Part shown: in pieces, positions 49,901-63,441 of the stretch
How the letters are laid out: every line of letters starts with the position of its first letter
Position numbering within the stretch: the first letter of the stretch is position 1
Origin: Amphiscolops sp. MND2022
Taxonomy: Eukaryota
Length of the DNA: 64,000 nucleotides
Direction of reading: 5' to 3'
NCBI GenBank assembly: GCA_964187785.1
Contig: OZ076409.1
Span: forward strand, 38,938,001 to 39,002,000
Notes under the pieces: generated by a model
Told to the model about the DNA's origin: nothing
Database searches by the model: none
What the model saw: only the letters and a program-made list of their open reading frames with translations
Position numbers and translations under genes: made by a program

Positions 49901-50776
49901 CCGAAAACAAAACTGGTTTTTTACTGATAAAAATGATTTCAAAAAAATATCATGAAACAATGAATTGATTACAAATTCTTACAGTGACAGTGAAAAAAAC
50001 GTATGTACGTATTTTCTGAATGGGCGGTTGATCGGTCATCACTTCATTGAACTTGGTAATTTTAGTGCCTGTCATGAGCACTTCCATTAGCACTGCCAGT
50101 GTCCATTTACTAGTAGTTCTAATAATAGTACGGCTAATGTAAAAAGATTGGCTGACAGATACCGTGTATTCGAATCCAGCAGCGTAGTTATGAGTCGGCC
50201 TGTAAAACTCACCAGAACAACCGGTAATTACCTGATTTATGTTTAATTATGAGATGCACAGTGTATGCAGTCAAATTGCGTAGAACCGATGTTTGGTGTG
50301 AACTAGTCAGTTATTGTAATTTAATTACAACCCTAGAGAAACAACTCAATTGGGGTGTAAAAGCTTGTTTCAGCCGAAGAAAGTTTGATTCCTCTAGTGA
50401 TCTAAAACTAAAGCACAGTATTTTTCCGATCAGAATTTTTTCAGATCTGAAAGCAGTCACCTACTTCTGGAAATTTCAAAATATCTTTCTACCTGCTTTT
50501 AGGAGCTCAAATAAAATAACAACTGCTCTGATAAAAACGCAGTCATGGACAAGGGAAATTAGTTGCAGTTGTCAAGCAAAAAGTGCTTTCATGTAAAATA
50601 GGTTTTTCATGAGAAAAATACCCGTTTGGAACAGATTACCAATAATGTTATTCAAGGAAAAATATTCTATCGAATTTTTTTAAAGTAAACTGAAACTATA
50701 CTTTATTGGTAAAATAGCCAATGAAATAGAGTATCCAGAATATAGGAAGAAGTGTTGGAGAGATTACCGGTTTTAA
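46930..50776 (+). mobile_element. Decayed non-LTR retrotransposon ORF2 (APE endonuclease + RT; CR1/L2/Jockey-group-like), interrupted by insertions
   Basis: Endonuclease motifs CHLNALS, GFSESWL, YRTDR..GGGV, MGDYN, PTR..SLIDYII. RT motifs RPISI, FLDLSEAFD.VSH, GVPQGTLLGPLL, YADDT. Insertions at about 47840-48281 and 49605-50320. Confidence 0.9.
47840..48281. mobile_element. Small insertion with imperfect terminal inverted repeats inside the LINE
   Basis: TATCCGCAAAA / TTTTGCGGCATA near the ends. AATGATA is duplicated at 47833-47839 and 48282-48288. Internal ~60-bp repeats contain TAGTCAAACATTGA. Confidence 0.55.
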
Positions 50777-51097
50777 TGTTACATAAATTTATTATTATCT
50801 ACTTTGATTTTAACGTTAAGTTGTTTTTAGTCAGCGCATTTTAGTAGAAAATGCGCCCATTTCTTCCAGTGGGTAGTTTTTTTTACTCGCGTAAGTTCCA
50901 CTTTTATGTTCATTTGTTCAGCTTGTTAGTCTTGTGCACTGCTTTTAATAATTTAACGCTAGCATTTCATTTGAAAAAGAAATTCAGTGTTTTTTCACTG
51001 TCAACTTTGTTTGTCCATTATAAAAGCGTTAGTGTTTTGGATGTAGTTTTCTTCCCTCTTCAGGTGAATTGAACACCCGATGTTTGTCATTTCATGG

Positions 51098-54000
51098 AAT
51101 AAGACGCCCGCTGAGCAGCTGACATTTTCCGCCCCAAACTGTTCAACAACTAAAGAAGTTTGAGGCTCAAGAATAGCCTTTGCAATACAAGAACGCAAAG
51201 AAGTTGGAAGGAAGGAAAACGTTGATTCAGTTCAGCCCATTTTAAAGGTAACCCCTTACTTATAATTTCAGTGACAGATGGCTACTTTCAGTTTTTCGGC
51301 ATAATGTGACTAACCGAGAAAAGAAAATTTTCGAAAACTTTTTTTGAAACTAATTATCGAAAAACATTTTTCGCAATTTTTAAAATTTGAGATTTTTTGT
51401 AAAAAAAACAAATATCCTGAGGCATGAGGGTGTGTTACTTTTGATCATATGCAATTGATGAGGTTTCTTTTTGATTTTGGAAATGACCTCATTTCAGTTT
51501 TTTAACTCTGTGTGTCTTTCCGAAACTTTCATTAGGTCAAAGAGTACCCCCTGCTTTCATAGCTGATTTCGGTTTGAGAAAAGTAGTTTTGCGAGCTGAA
51601 ACGTGTTTCACCATAAAAGATTTTCACCTGAAAAATAAAGCAAATTTATTTTTTGTAATTCCTGTTGGGCAACGGTTGTTTCCAAGTCTCAGGCGTATTT
51701 CTTGAGACAATTTGTAGCACTTGCACTGAGGAAATAGTAAAAGCTTGAAACCAAATCCTTTGGTAATTTGAGAAATTTGAGTGATCCCGGTTTGTTATAT
51801 TATTGCACGTAGTTTCACCAGAATTGTCAAAATTTGGAAAGATTTTTGACAACTTTGGATTCAATTTGAGGATCTTTTCTAATCAGAATCTACAGATGTC
51901 TCTTCAAAATTAGGCCTATAGGACACCGAGTTTGGCTGTTGTTTAATGTTTACACCATTCTAACCCATTTAGTAGCTCGGAACGTACTACTTTGGAAGGT
52001 GTACTCCATATCTAGTGATTTTGTTTGGAGTTTTTTGAATCTTAAATAATGGATAAATGAGTTCGAAACTTAGGATTTAATGAAAAGTTTTTGAAAGTTG
52101 GGCAAATAATATTGTCTGATATCTTTTCGGAACGCTACTGGTAGCTACACGTTTCAGTCCTGAGCCCATGGTGTTTCTGATTGAAGTAAGTTTTCGGAAA
52201 GGGTCCAAAATTGGGACTATGTTGTCGAAAATAAAGAAAGTTGGGAATTTTTGACAATTTTGTTGTAAACTCGATGAACTTCATCCCGGTTTTTTCTCTA
52301 TTTCTATTTTGAGCATTATTAACCTTATTGTTTCAACAAATTTGAACAAAAATTGGTATTAGTTCGTCAAACAACGTGCTTTTTTGCTGTTTCATGGATT
52401 TTTGGGTGTTTTTAAGCCAATTCCAACAAAATATGCAGATACATATTCACAATTGCCTACTGGAGACACCCCGATTAGTCATCGTTGAGTTTTTTAAACA
52501 TTTTATGCAAGAAAGTAGCACGAAAGGTCTACAGAAAACTGCCTAAAATTGTAGAAGAACATGAATATTCAGTTTTCCCAATATTTGGGTCAATCTGAGG
52601 AAAATTTCGACAATAATCTAGGCAGTTTTTTCAAAAAACGTGATTCGGACCACGTTTTATTATCTGGAGCTTTCGAAGCATTCATTTTTGACTTTTTGCG
52701 GTCGATTTCGAGCCATTTGCCTACAGAAGTCTGCAAATATTCCATTAAAAATCTACTGGATTATGAGTTCAGTCTTTTTGAACGTTTGACAATATTCCTC
52801 AGACTGCGGAATCCACTGCTGTCTAATATAATAATATATGCCTCTGAATTCCACCAAAAATTCAAGGTAAAGAGATTTGTCCCCGGAATCCAGAAAAAAT
52901 TGCAAGCGGAATCCGCTGCACATGTTATAAAGTGTGTCTTTGAAATCCGTCATTTTAAACAGCGGATTCCAGGTCTGATAGGTGCTACCTGCGGTTAGCA
53001 GTCAATTCCGCAGTTTCCAAAAAGTGTAGGGATATGCGTCGTAATGCTGACTCCAAATCTCTTCAAAAGGTACACAAGTTACACAAAAACGAAAATGTTG
53101 AAATTTTTCGACCCCTTTGGAGTCATTTTGAGGTGTTTTTGAAGCAAAACGCTGAAACGTTCTCTTCAGAAATTTTACTCCGAAGTTTTTTGACAGTTCA
53201 CTGTCAATTAGAGGCGTTTTTTTAACAAATTTAACTCATCTCGTGACGAAAGCTCACCAAAACAACAAATTTGACAATGTTTTGCTCAATTTAACATTCT
53301 AGTCCTCGATGTCTACCGATACTTTTACAAAAACTGAACAAAAATGGTGAAAACCGGAAAATTTTTGAATTTTTGACTTTTCCGATGTCAATTCTGAAGA
53401 GTTTTTGTTTGGAAAACTACATTTATGTCTTTTCCAAGCATACTGGACAACACATTTTTTCCTTGTTGACCCTTTTGAACGTTCCAGTCTACGAAGTCTG
53501 TCGAAAATTTGAATACCATTTTCGGTGTCAATTTGAGACATTTTTCACTCATTGCAATTATCTCTGCAATAATGACTACCGGACACAAAACTTTTTCCTT
53601 GTTCGCCCTTTAAAACATTCCAATCCACGAAGTCTGTCGAAACCTTAATAAAAAATGCATAAAGACTTTGTACATTTAAAATTTTTGGGTTTTTTGTCCT
53701 TGTCGGTGTTAATTTGAGACATTTTCACTCAAAAAACTAAAAAAAGTCTTCGAAAAAGCCTACTGGACAAAACATTCTTTCCTTGATGATCCTTTCTAAC
53801 GTTCCAATCCCTGAAGGCCGTCAAAACTTTGGAAAAAAGGATATTTTTTTGAAATTTGAAAACTTTTTGGGATTTTTGTCATTTTCGATGTCAATTTGAG
53901 ACGTTTTTCAAGAGAAACGCACTAAACTCTTCGAAAAAGACTACTGGACAACATATTCTTTCCTTGTTGACCCTTTTCAACGTTCCAATCCTCAAAGTCC

Positions 54001-54610
54001 GTCAAAAATTTGAAAAAAAACACTGAGTGTTTGAAAATTGAAAATTTGGGGAATTTTGTCATTTTCGGTTTCAATTTGGGAGTTTTCCATTCTAAAAACA
54101 GCAATTATCTCTTCGGAAAAACCTACTGAACGACAAATTACTGCCATTTTGAGCATTTTCAACATTCTAATCTACGAATTCTATCGAAAATTTGACAAAA
54201 ATTGCATAAGCCTAATTGGGAAACGTTAAAAATTTGTCTTTTCTGGGAATGAAAAATCCGAATTCATCTCTTCATAAACGCCTACTGGACATTAAATTCT
54301 TGCTTTCTTGAACCTTTTTAACAGTCTAATCCACAATATTTATCGAAAAATTGAAGAAAATTGCATTAAAAAATTAGAAAAAAAGCAGTTTTCACTACTT
54401 TTGGGGTCATTTTTGCGTCATTCTGGGGTTCTTGGGGTCAACTAAAAAACTCTAGAAATCTCCACAAATACAAATCGCACGAAGCTAATTTTATGTAAGT
54501 TGAATTCTATGGGGAACACCCTTAAAGTTAAATATATATTTGGTGCTTGGCAAATTTTGTAAAAAAAAACGTTTGATTTAAAAATTAAATATTAGCCTTT
54601 CCCATATGAA
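51098..54610. mobile_element. Second, longer copy of the Helentron/DINE-1-like element
   Basis: AAGACGCCCGCTGAGCAGC..TTTTCCGCCC start and ATCGCACGAAGCTA..GAATTCTATGGG..CACCCTTAAAG end are shared with 16093-18091. Internal degenerate tandem repeats at 53290-54440. Confidence 0.7.
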
Positions 54611-55856
54611 GGGAAATATTAGCCTTTTCCCTTCTTCATATGTTTTTTTTTTGCTTTTTGTCTTTTTGTAGAAGTCTTTGCAGCTGAACGGTTAATCGAA
54701 TACAACTGTTGTTTGAAAGCAACGGGTAATAACTTTTCATAGCTAGTATTTAACTTCACTTCAAATGTAGATGTATTTAAAATTAAAAGGGGTAATTTCA
54801 ACGACACTTAATCTTCATCCGTTTCATATTCAAACTTTCACTCAATGCAAGATCCTAACGGATGAAAGACGTTCCTTGAGCCAAAAAACTCTAAAGTAAC
54901 TGTTATTTATTAAATTAAATGCTTCCAAGTTGTTGAAAGATGAATAAATTTTGAGAAATGTCTACCCGGGTTGACCCTCTTACTAGCATCTTGGCTGTCT
55001 TTGCAAGACTTTGTCAAGTTTTTACTACATCTTGGCAACCACGGATCCCATGGAAAGATTCTTTTCAAGATCTTACTGAGATAATACATTATTCCAAGAT
55101 CGTATCTTGTCACGATGGACAAAACTTTAAAATTGTAAAAAATGCTATACCTTCGGTACAATCGGTCGAGACTCTATATAAAGGCTCATTTCCCCCAACA
55201 ACGACTATTTCTACTCGTTTTCATAATCAAAATGCTTCAACCCGCTGAAATGAATTTGCATGCAAAAATGTGCGAAAAATTACGATAACGTATTCTGGCC
55301 TCCCAAATTCTGACGATAATCCTAATAACTCCTCACCTGTTTAAGACTGAGAAATGCGAATGTACCGAATGAACGCTCATTTCAAGGACTTTTGAAAACT
55401 TCTAACTTATCACTCCTGTCGATTCCAGAGACGGAGTAGAATGGTCTCAAACGCCGAAAGTCACTATTGGAAAGTTACACAGGGAACACTAAGAAAGCCG
55501 GAAATTGTTCGTCAATTCATATCTCCAGCTTTCTTTGAGCCTGTTCCAGCAGGTTTGTTACTGCTGGTAACGGCGATCATTGCCACTTTTGGGAAATGAT
55601 TCAGCTCGAGGTTTTTCTGACGACCTTGTTGGCGACGGTTTTGCAATTGGTAGAACAATTTAATTAGTACTACCCTGAATAAACAGCATAAGGACTTGTC
55701 AATCAATATTTATACCTTGAAACAGAAAATTTTAATGTCCAACAAAATAAATCTGCAAAAATGTTTATTTTTGTTGACTTCCTTTGAGGTTTTTTTCTGG
55801 CCAAATAGGATTTACAATAAAATTTTTCTTGGGAACATAGCTCTCTTGCAACAGCC

Positions 55857-56720
55857 CCAGCTCAAGTGTCGTAGATGGAGGAGTAAGCAGTCAGCCTGTC
55901 CGAGACTTTGAATCTCGAGTCCTATGTTTTTGGTTATTATATTTACGTTTTTTCATTTTTTCTGTGGTGTCGATTTTGTAAAAAACCCTCAATCCGAAAT
56001 TTCTGAACTGTCATGTTTCCTAGAGTTCTCTAACACTTTTTAAGTTGACTGTAGTTCGCTTTTTCCAAAAGGCCATTATCACATTCTAGTTTGCATGAGA
56101 CGTGTAATTCACCGTGGGATTTTTGGACTTTTTCGTTTTTTTTGGCCTGTGACAATTGGTAACTAGAATTATGTTTTTATTTCAGACCCTGTCATCGTGG
56201 TGCTTTCCTGCAATTGCAGATGCCTGATCGAGTTGGGAGTCAGTCCTTGGTTGCAACATTTCCAGCTCAAGTGTCGTAGATGGAGGAGTATGCTGTCCGT
56301 CTGTCCGAGACTTTGAAGCTCGAGTCCTATGTTTTTGGTTATTATATTTACGTTTTTTCATTTTTTCTGTGGTGTCGATTTTGTAAAAAAACCCTCAATC
56401 CGAAATTTCTGAACTGTCATGTTTCCTAGAGTTCTCTAACACTTTTTAAGTTGACTGTAGTTCGCTTTTTCCAAAAGGCCATTATCACATTCTAGTTTGC
56501 ATGAGACGTGTAATTCACCGTGGGATTTTTGGACTTTTTCGTTTTTTTTTTTGGCTGTGACAATTGGTAACTAGAATTATGTTTTTATTTCAGACCCTGT
56601 CATCGTGGTGCTTTCCTGCAATTGCAGATGCCTGATCGAGTTGGGAGTCAGTCCTTGGTTGCAACAGCTCCAGCTCAAGTGTCGCTGATGGAGGAGCAAG
56701 CTGTTAGTCTGTTTGGAACT
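55857..56720 (+). repeat. Tandem duplication, ~405-409 bp unit, 2.1 copies
   Basis: CCAGCTCAAGTGTCG recurs at 55857, 56262 and 56671, and the intervening sequence is near-identical. Confidence 0.95.
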
Positions 56721-59453
56721 CTGAAGTTTGAGAGATCTGAATTTGCCATTTTGATGGACCTCAGAACTGTTTTCAAAAAATTTTTTTGTGATGTGATGAT
56801 TTTTTTGCGTTGTTTTATCTTCAGTGACGAATAATTTATTTAAATTTCAAGATCAATTGTAATTCGAGTTTTTACTGAGCTCAGTGTAAGTGCTAGATTA
56901 AGGGAGAACTAAAATATGAAAGGTCTCAAATCGGCTTTTATAGTCTTTTCGAAATTTTTCGTTGAAATTGCCTGTTTTTTTTCCAAACATTTTCTAGGCT
57001 GCAGCCATATTTTTTCAAATGTGCATGGATCTGCTCAGAGGATTTTGCAGGTTGCATCGAAATTTTACAAAATTTTTCCATGCATGGTTCCAGTATTTTC
57101 TATGTTTTTCAAAAATTTACAATGCATGCATGGATGCAATATGGAAAACTTTCCGGCATGTCCGACTAGGGTTATCAGGATTGACAAAATTTTAAGGTTT
57201 TAAAAACACTATACCTTCGGTAAAAGCAGCCAAGACTCAATCTGAAGGCTCATTTCACTCGACAACGACTATTTCTACTCGTTTTCATAATCAAAATGCT
57301 TCAACCCGCTGAAAAAATTTTGCATGCAAAATTGCGCGAAAAATTTCGATAACGTATTCTGGTTTTCGAAATTCTGACGAGAATCCTAATACTTCCTTAC
57401 CGATAATATGGCGACGGTTTCGCAATTGAAAGAACAATTTAACCAATGCCTAGGTAAACTTTATCTCTTCAATCAAATTTTATACTTTGCTAACAGAAAA
57501 TTGTCATGTCTAACAATGCAAATCTGCAGAGATGTTGATTTTTGTTGACTTCCTTCCAGATTTTTTCTTGCCAAATAAAATTTTACAATAAAATTTCTCT
57601 TGGGAACATTTCTCTTGGTTCTCTTGATACGATCTTTCAATGGCAAAAATGAATACCATATCAAGATCTTAACAAGACCTTAGCCAAGATTGTTCCAAGA
57701 TCTTACTAAGGTATCCATGGATATGGGTATGTATTTACAAGTGATTTCCAGAAACGTACCGTGTTTTTCCCCGGGCTTTGCATGATCATAATGTGTAATA
57801 CTAATTATTCGTATCTAAAACAAATATACATTGTACATCAAAAAAAAGTATTGTACATAAAGTCTTGGTCTTGAGTTTCCTGCAGTCACGCGGACTGAAC
57901 AGCCATTTAAAGTGGTGTCACTCCTGGTGGTAGTTTTTCCCGAAGTGACATCGTATAGATTGTCATCGCAGACGGCAGTCTGTGAAAAGCACTTACTATG
58001 TCTTCATAACAATACTTGGTACAAATTTCTCGAAAAATGAATCTAGTTACTTGAAACATCGATGCCCAAAAGTAGCTGCCAATTTCGCAATGCAGTTTTA
58101 ATTTTAGCTCAATAAGCCCTGCTAAAATTTTTCCTGAAGATAGTCATTGATTCTTCACCTGTGAAATAATTTTTGTATACAATTATGGTACATATTGTCA
58201 TGGTTCGTATGAAGTTTTTCTTAAAAGTGATCTTGAATTTCTTCAATTTATAAGTATTACAACAAATCAATGTTTCTTTTCGATAGGATCCAAACTGATG
58301 AAAATTAATAACGCTAATGTATTTTCTGACGTCAAACGTTTCCCAACCTGTACTGATTGTGCCTTTCAATGACTGTCATAAAATTTGTCACTTTCAATAG
58401 AGTGCCTGAGCAAGGTATTTGAATTTATTAACATCACGTCTGACACATCTGAAGTTTTTCTTCAGCTCAAGGACATTTTGAGCTCAACGGACCTTCATCC
58501 TGATAATTCAACCGAGTGCCTTTGATGAATAATCAGACTCGCGCCTTTTTAAGTATCTGTGAAAGGTTCAACACTTGGGAGAATTGAATTTTTGATTCCA
58601 TCGCATTTTTCCTTGAAAATATATTAATTCTGGTGATGTCTAAACATGAAGCTTTTATTTCTCACTATGGTTACTTTCCCACTTATAAACTTTCGAAATT
58701 TATACATGAAGTAATTTAAGTCATAACATGATCTATTCCGTTGGCTCACTAATGTGAAGTTTCCAATACAAGGAAAATTTTCTAACAAAATGTTCGTGAA
58801 CAAAAATTGTTTCCGAATTCATTACCTGAAATTTATCAATTAGTTACTTTATGTGACAAAAATCCCATCTCCAAGCAGCTCAAAAATTTTATTACTAAAG
58901 TTTTGCATAAATTTTCTGTCCATTGAGGTTGGAAAGGAGTTTCTACAAAATTTATTCAATAATTTTTTAAATTCAAATTGTTTTTTTACTCACAAACTAT
59001 TTACAACCTTACAACCAAATGGTAATTTCGAGTGAAAATAAAGCTAAGTCGTCATTTGTTTGGCTGTTTTCCTCCCACATGTTTAAAAAACTGAAAATAA
59101 CCTATTGAATGATACAATTTCTATTTTTAACAATTTCTGAAATACTACTTTACTCTATTTTGATGACATCACTTAAAATCATACAACCAGCTACTACTTT
59201 ATGCAACAACAATTCACGTTTTCACGCGATTTTACGCAAGTGGGTGGAAAAGGTAAAATTTCTATCTATGTCTTGGAAAAGTTAGAGTACATAACAGCTC
59301 CATCGAATTTTGAATCATTTTTCCATCAAGTTGCGTGTTCGTTTTTGTTTAACGTCGCCGATAGACTTTGTGGCCAACTTTGACCATCACAAGAGCCATG
59401 GCCGCACAGAAAGTGAACGCCATCTGGGTTGATTGGAAGAAGTAAGATCCGGC

Positions 59454-60030
59454 ATCACCTGGAAAAACAATTTTGGCATTTTGTCTTGGCATTACTGATT
59501 CGAATGGCTTTGAATTCACGTTCAATTCGTTAGGGGTTACGTCTGGCTGTTTCCTAGTGCCTATCTAGATTTTCTATTGGTTGAGGATGCAATCACACAA
59601 TTCTGTAAAAACTTAGATCTCCGGGAAAAAGATGAAAAGCAGTCACCGTTATACCTGGGCACATTTTGCAACAAAATAAAATTCTTAAAAAAAATAATTT
59701 GGAATGCAGGTATAAAACATGTTTTTGTTTCCTTGAGGCAAAAAATCACCTGGAAAAACAATTTTGGCATTTTGTCTGCATTACTGACTCGAATGGCTTT
59801 GAATTCACGTTCAATTCGTTAGGGGTTACGTCTGGCTGTTTCCTAGTGCCTATCTAGATTATCTATTGGTTGAGGATGCAATCACCCAATTCTGTAAAAA
59901 TTTAGATGTCCGGAAAGAAAGACGAAAAGCAGTCACCGTTATACCTGGGCACATTTTGCAACAAAATAAAATTCTTAAAAAATAAATTGGAATACAGGTA
60001 TAAAACATGTTTTTGTTTCTTTGAGGCAAA
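59454..60030 (+). repeat. Tandem duplication, 291-bp unit, 2 copies
   Basis: ATCACCTGGAAAAACAATTTTGGC at 59454 and 59745. Confidence 0.95.
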
Positions 60031-60886
60031 GAAATGAATGAATATTGCCGCTTCCAGTCGGAAATTTTGAAAATGTACTGCAGTTATTTTCAATTAGTGT
60101 TTAGAAGAAATTACAAAGATCCGAATGCTGAAATTTTGAAAAAGTTGATCAAATTTGAGCTGTTTTACAAAACAAACATGAAAATAAGTTATTTTTAAAA
60201 AAAAAAACAAATTTGGACTAAATAATGTTTCTTCAGGTTTAAAAACTGAAAGAAATAGTCCTCAAAGGCTTGCCAGGGATCAATAAGAAAGCATTTGTTC
60301 CTATTTGAAACCAAATCGATTATACTGACAACCCTTTTGATAGTCAATGCGATTGAATTGTATCACAATCACATTTATTCTACGATGAATGCAGAAGTGG
60401 ACCGAAAATTGAATTACTAGAAATACTTAAAGTAATATTTTTGGTACCAGAGTGCCGAACAGAATTCGTCGGAATCATTCAAGAGAAAAAACTGAAAACT
60501 GAACCCACGCTGAAAACTCTTATGGTAATTTTTTCAGCATCAGTTATTTCGGCCCATGATTGGAATTTCATTACCTTACAAAATCATGGAGTTAATAAAT
60601 TCCAATACGGCAAAATCAATCAAATCAAAGGGCCAGCAAAGCTCATTATTATTCATGAGATGTAATGATTTTATGATTTTTAAATTTCTATGACCGGTAG
60701 CTGGAGAAATCTACACTGATGGAATCAAACGAAACAGCAATCCACTTAAATTATTTAATTTTGGAAAATCTCACTAAATTCGTACTATCTGAAGCTCTAT
60801 ATTATTGCAATGCAATCTGAATTGTTCACTGAACCGTTTCTTTGCGAGTGAGTGAACAAAGTGTCATTAGAGTTGAAAATTATTCG

Positions 60887-61194
60887 GGTGTCAGGACATT
60901 TCATCCTATGCAATTTCAACCTATGCAATTTCAATGAAATGTGCTAATTGTTACGGAAATTTTGATATTTTTTGGCTTCTTCATGAATAATTACCATTAA
61001 TTCAGGCTGGTTGATTCATTAGTAATTATTGAACTGAAATAAAAGCTCAAACGAATGAAGTCTAAATAGCCAAAATTATTAGGTCGAAATTGTGAGCGGT
61101 TGAAAATGCAATAGGTTGAAATTGTGAGCGGTTGAAATGGCAGCGGTTGAAAATGCATACGTTGAAAGTGTATAGGACGAAATGTCATGTAACC
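60887..61194. mobile_element. MITE with subrepeated TIRs and 8-bp TSD
   Basis: GGTGTCAGGACATTTCATCCTAT / ATAGGACGAAATGTCATGTAACC termini. ATTATTCG is duplicated at 60879-60886 and 61195-61202. Internal ~15-bp GGTTGAAA repeats. Confidence 0.85.
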
Positions 61195-61206
61195 ATTATT
61201 CGGGAC

Positions 61207-61516
61207 TGTCGAACCCAACCGTGTGGGTCGGCTTTGAAGGACCTTTCGAGGTTGACTGTCGGTTTTCGGTGTCTGTCTTACTTATGACAGCCATCATTAA
61301 GTCCTTCAGTTGACTGAACTCATTCTGTAGTTCGTTTATCTTTCTCTCATAACTCTCTTTTATTTCAGATAACTGAGACGAGATATCAGAAACCTCGTTG
61401 CTATCAGAGTCATTGGCAGAAGACTGAGCCATGTCTGGGTCCGTTTGAATGGGTGTTTCTGATGAGGAACTAATAACTCTTCCGCTTCTGAGTTCGGTGC
61501 CTAGATCTGGGTTCAT
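61207..61516 (-). CDS. gag-like N-terminal ORF inside the LTR (MNPDLGTELRSGR...LSEIKESYERKINELQNEF...GFD), truncated at the LTR end
   Basis: 103 open codons reaching the LTR terminus. LRSGR basic motif and coiled-coil-like LxEIKxS motif. Confidence 0.6.
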
Positions 61517-63441
61517 AGAGGTGAGAGAAAAGGAATTATGAGTGAAGACTGGATTCTGGATGATTTTCGATGTATTTTACTATTTTGTGCCGTTATTCGA
61601 ACTCAAATTCACTATTTCTGAACTTGAGATGTAAATGCGATGAGTTTTACAGTGAGACAAGGATACTAGTAAAGAATGAGAATAGTTAACGAGGATTAAG
61701 TAGAGTTCATCCAAATTTCATCGAATAGATATCAATCAAGAAATTACTCAGAGTTGTGAAGGTAGCGTTATTTACGATGAATAAGAGATATGTTTTCTAG
61801 TTCAAATCTGTCGTAATTCGTCCAACTGGACAGTAGCTAATCGCAATTTCGGTCTGTGTAAACTCTAATGGCGGTCCAAAATACAGCAGTTCACGTGTCT
61901 TTTCGGGCTGGTAAGACGCTAAATCTCTTACCAGCCGACTCTTATTGGCTATTGCCAGTTGGTGCTAATTGGTAAGTCACGTGACCGGTGTTGTGAACTG
62001 CCGCAAGTTGGCCAAACCACATGGTACATCTACATATGCTAATTATGACTAATCATCACTTTACAATGTCGCAATTGCCTGCACACAGTGTCATGGTTTC
62101 TATAGCAACTCAAATCATTCAATAATGTACTAATTTCAAGTCAAAACAGAGTAAGCTGCATCACAGGATGAGAAAACGATGTTTTTCCAACTAATTCTAG
62201 CATTAAAATCAATACTTCAAAAGCAAAGATGGAAACGCGATGAATTCGTCAGAATATTTGCTGATTTTCAAGTCTAGTTTAGCTCTGGATGAAAATGCGA
62301 TGAATGGTGGTCTTTTAGCTCGAAAATCAACACGATATGAACTGACGATGATAAAAGGATGAACTCGTCTTCAAAATGAATGATTTCCAGCACAATTTAA
62401 ATCAACGATGGTAAAAGGATGAACTCTCCTCGAAAATAACTAATTTCCAGCACTAGTGAAATTGACGATGAATTCAGGATGAATTCAGCCAATAAAACAG
62501 GTGAAACAGCTAATTCTGCAGTGAAGACAAATATACGATGACTTTAGGATGAATACATTCAAAAAAACAGCAAAATCTAATGAATGAAATTCCAACGATG
62601 GGTTTAGGATGAACTCAACTGAAAATTCGGCTAGTTCTAACGTAAGTCGAACTAGCGATGAATTTACGATGAACTAGTGATGAGTTAATCTAATAAAACA
62701 GATATCCAGCACTTCACTCTTTTTTAGGATGAATTAAGGATGTACTTTCTCATTTCTTGTAGTTTCTGTTCAGGACGATGAAATATAGATGTGTTATGCT
62801 CTTTTTAAGAAATGAGAAGCACATTGAAGGTTAATAATCACAAAACGACGATGAGTATAGGATGGCTTTCATGCATTTTAAAGTCCCGTGAGATCCGCTG
62901 ATGGATCACTAAATAAAATCAAATATATGTCCCAAATTTTGTTCACCCGCAATCTTGGCGATGTGATTGCGATGAACCTTGATAATATAGCACCGTAATT
63001 TCACTAATAGATCAAGTTGTAGGATCACTAAGTCCGCTGATGGATTAGTGATGAACTTTCCTGAAATTCGTCACGACTACAAGTCCTGAGGCGAGGGAGC
63101 TAGTAGAAGTTACAGATTCCATTATTTCTACATCTCTCGGTCCAGTCTGACCGGAAGACTTCTCTCCCTTATCGTGACAAACCAATATTGAATAAGATAG
63201 CACATTAAAAGCTATTGGCAAGATCATTTGTGCGGACACCGGAATTAGAGCGCTCAGTATTAAGTAAATATATATAGCTCAAACTCAGGGGGGATAGGGA
63301 TTAAAGTACAAGTAACGTAGGGTTGCTCACAACCATGGCTCTTATTATATGACATCATATTGCCCATATCTAAGTACATAAGACATAATATTTACATTAC
63401 AAATATTTAGTAGATTATATTTCCATCATGCTGGCATGACA
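61207..63441 (-). repeat. 3' LTR, 2235 bp (family B)
   Basis: On the minus strand GGGGAG (63447-63442) is followed by TGTCATG, and the LTR ends TTCGACA at 61207. Same PPT/terminus signature as 589-600. Confidence 0.7.

Noticed and set aside
56170..56720. TTTTATTTCAG acceptor-like sites in the 405-bp tandem suggesting duplicated exons
   Set aside because: No convincing donor or conserved open frame in both copies.
62167..63053. CRISPR-like repeat/spacer appearance
   Set aside because: The conserved part is only two 4-bp boxes, the spacers retain residual mutual similarity, there are no cas genes, and the context is a eukaryotic LTR.
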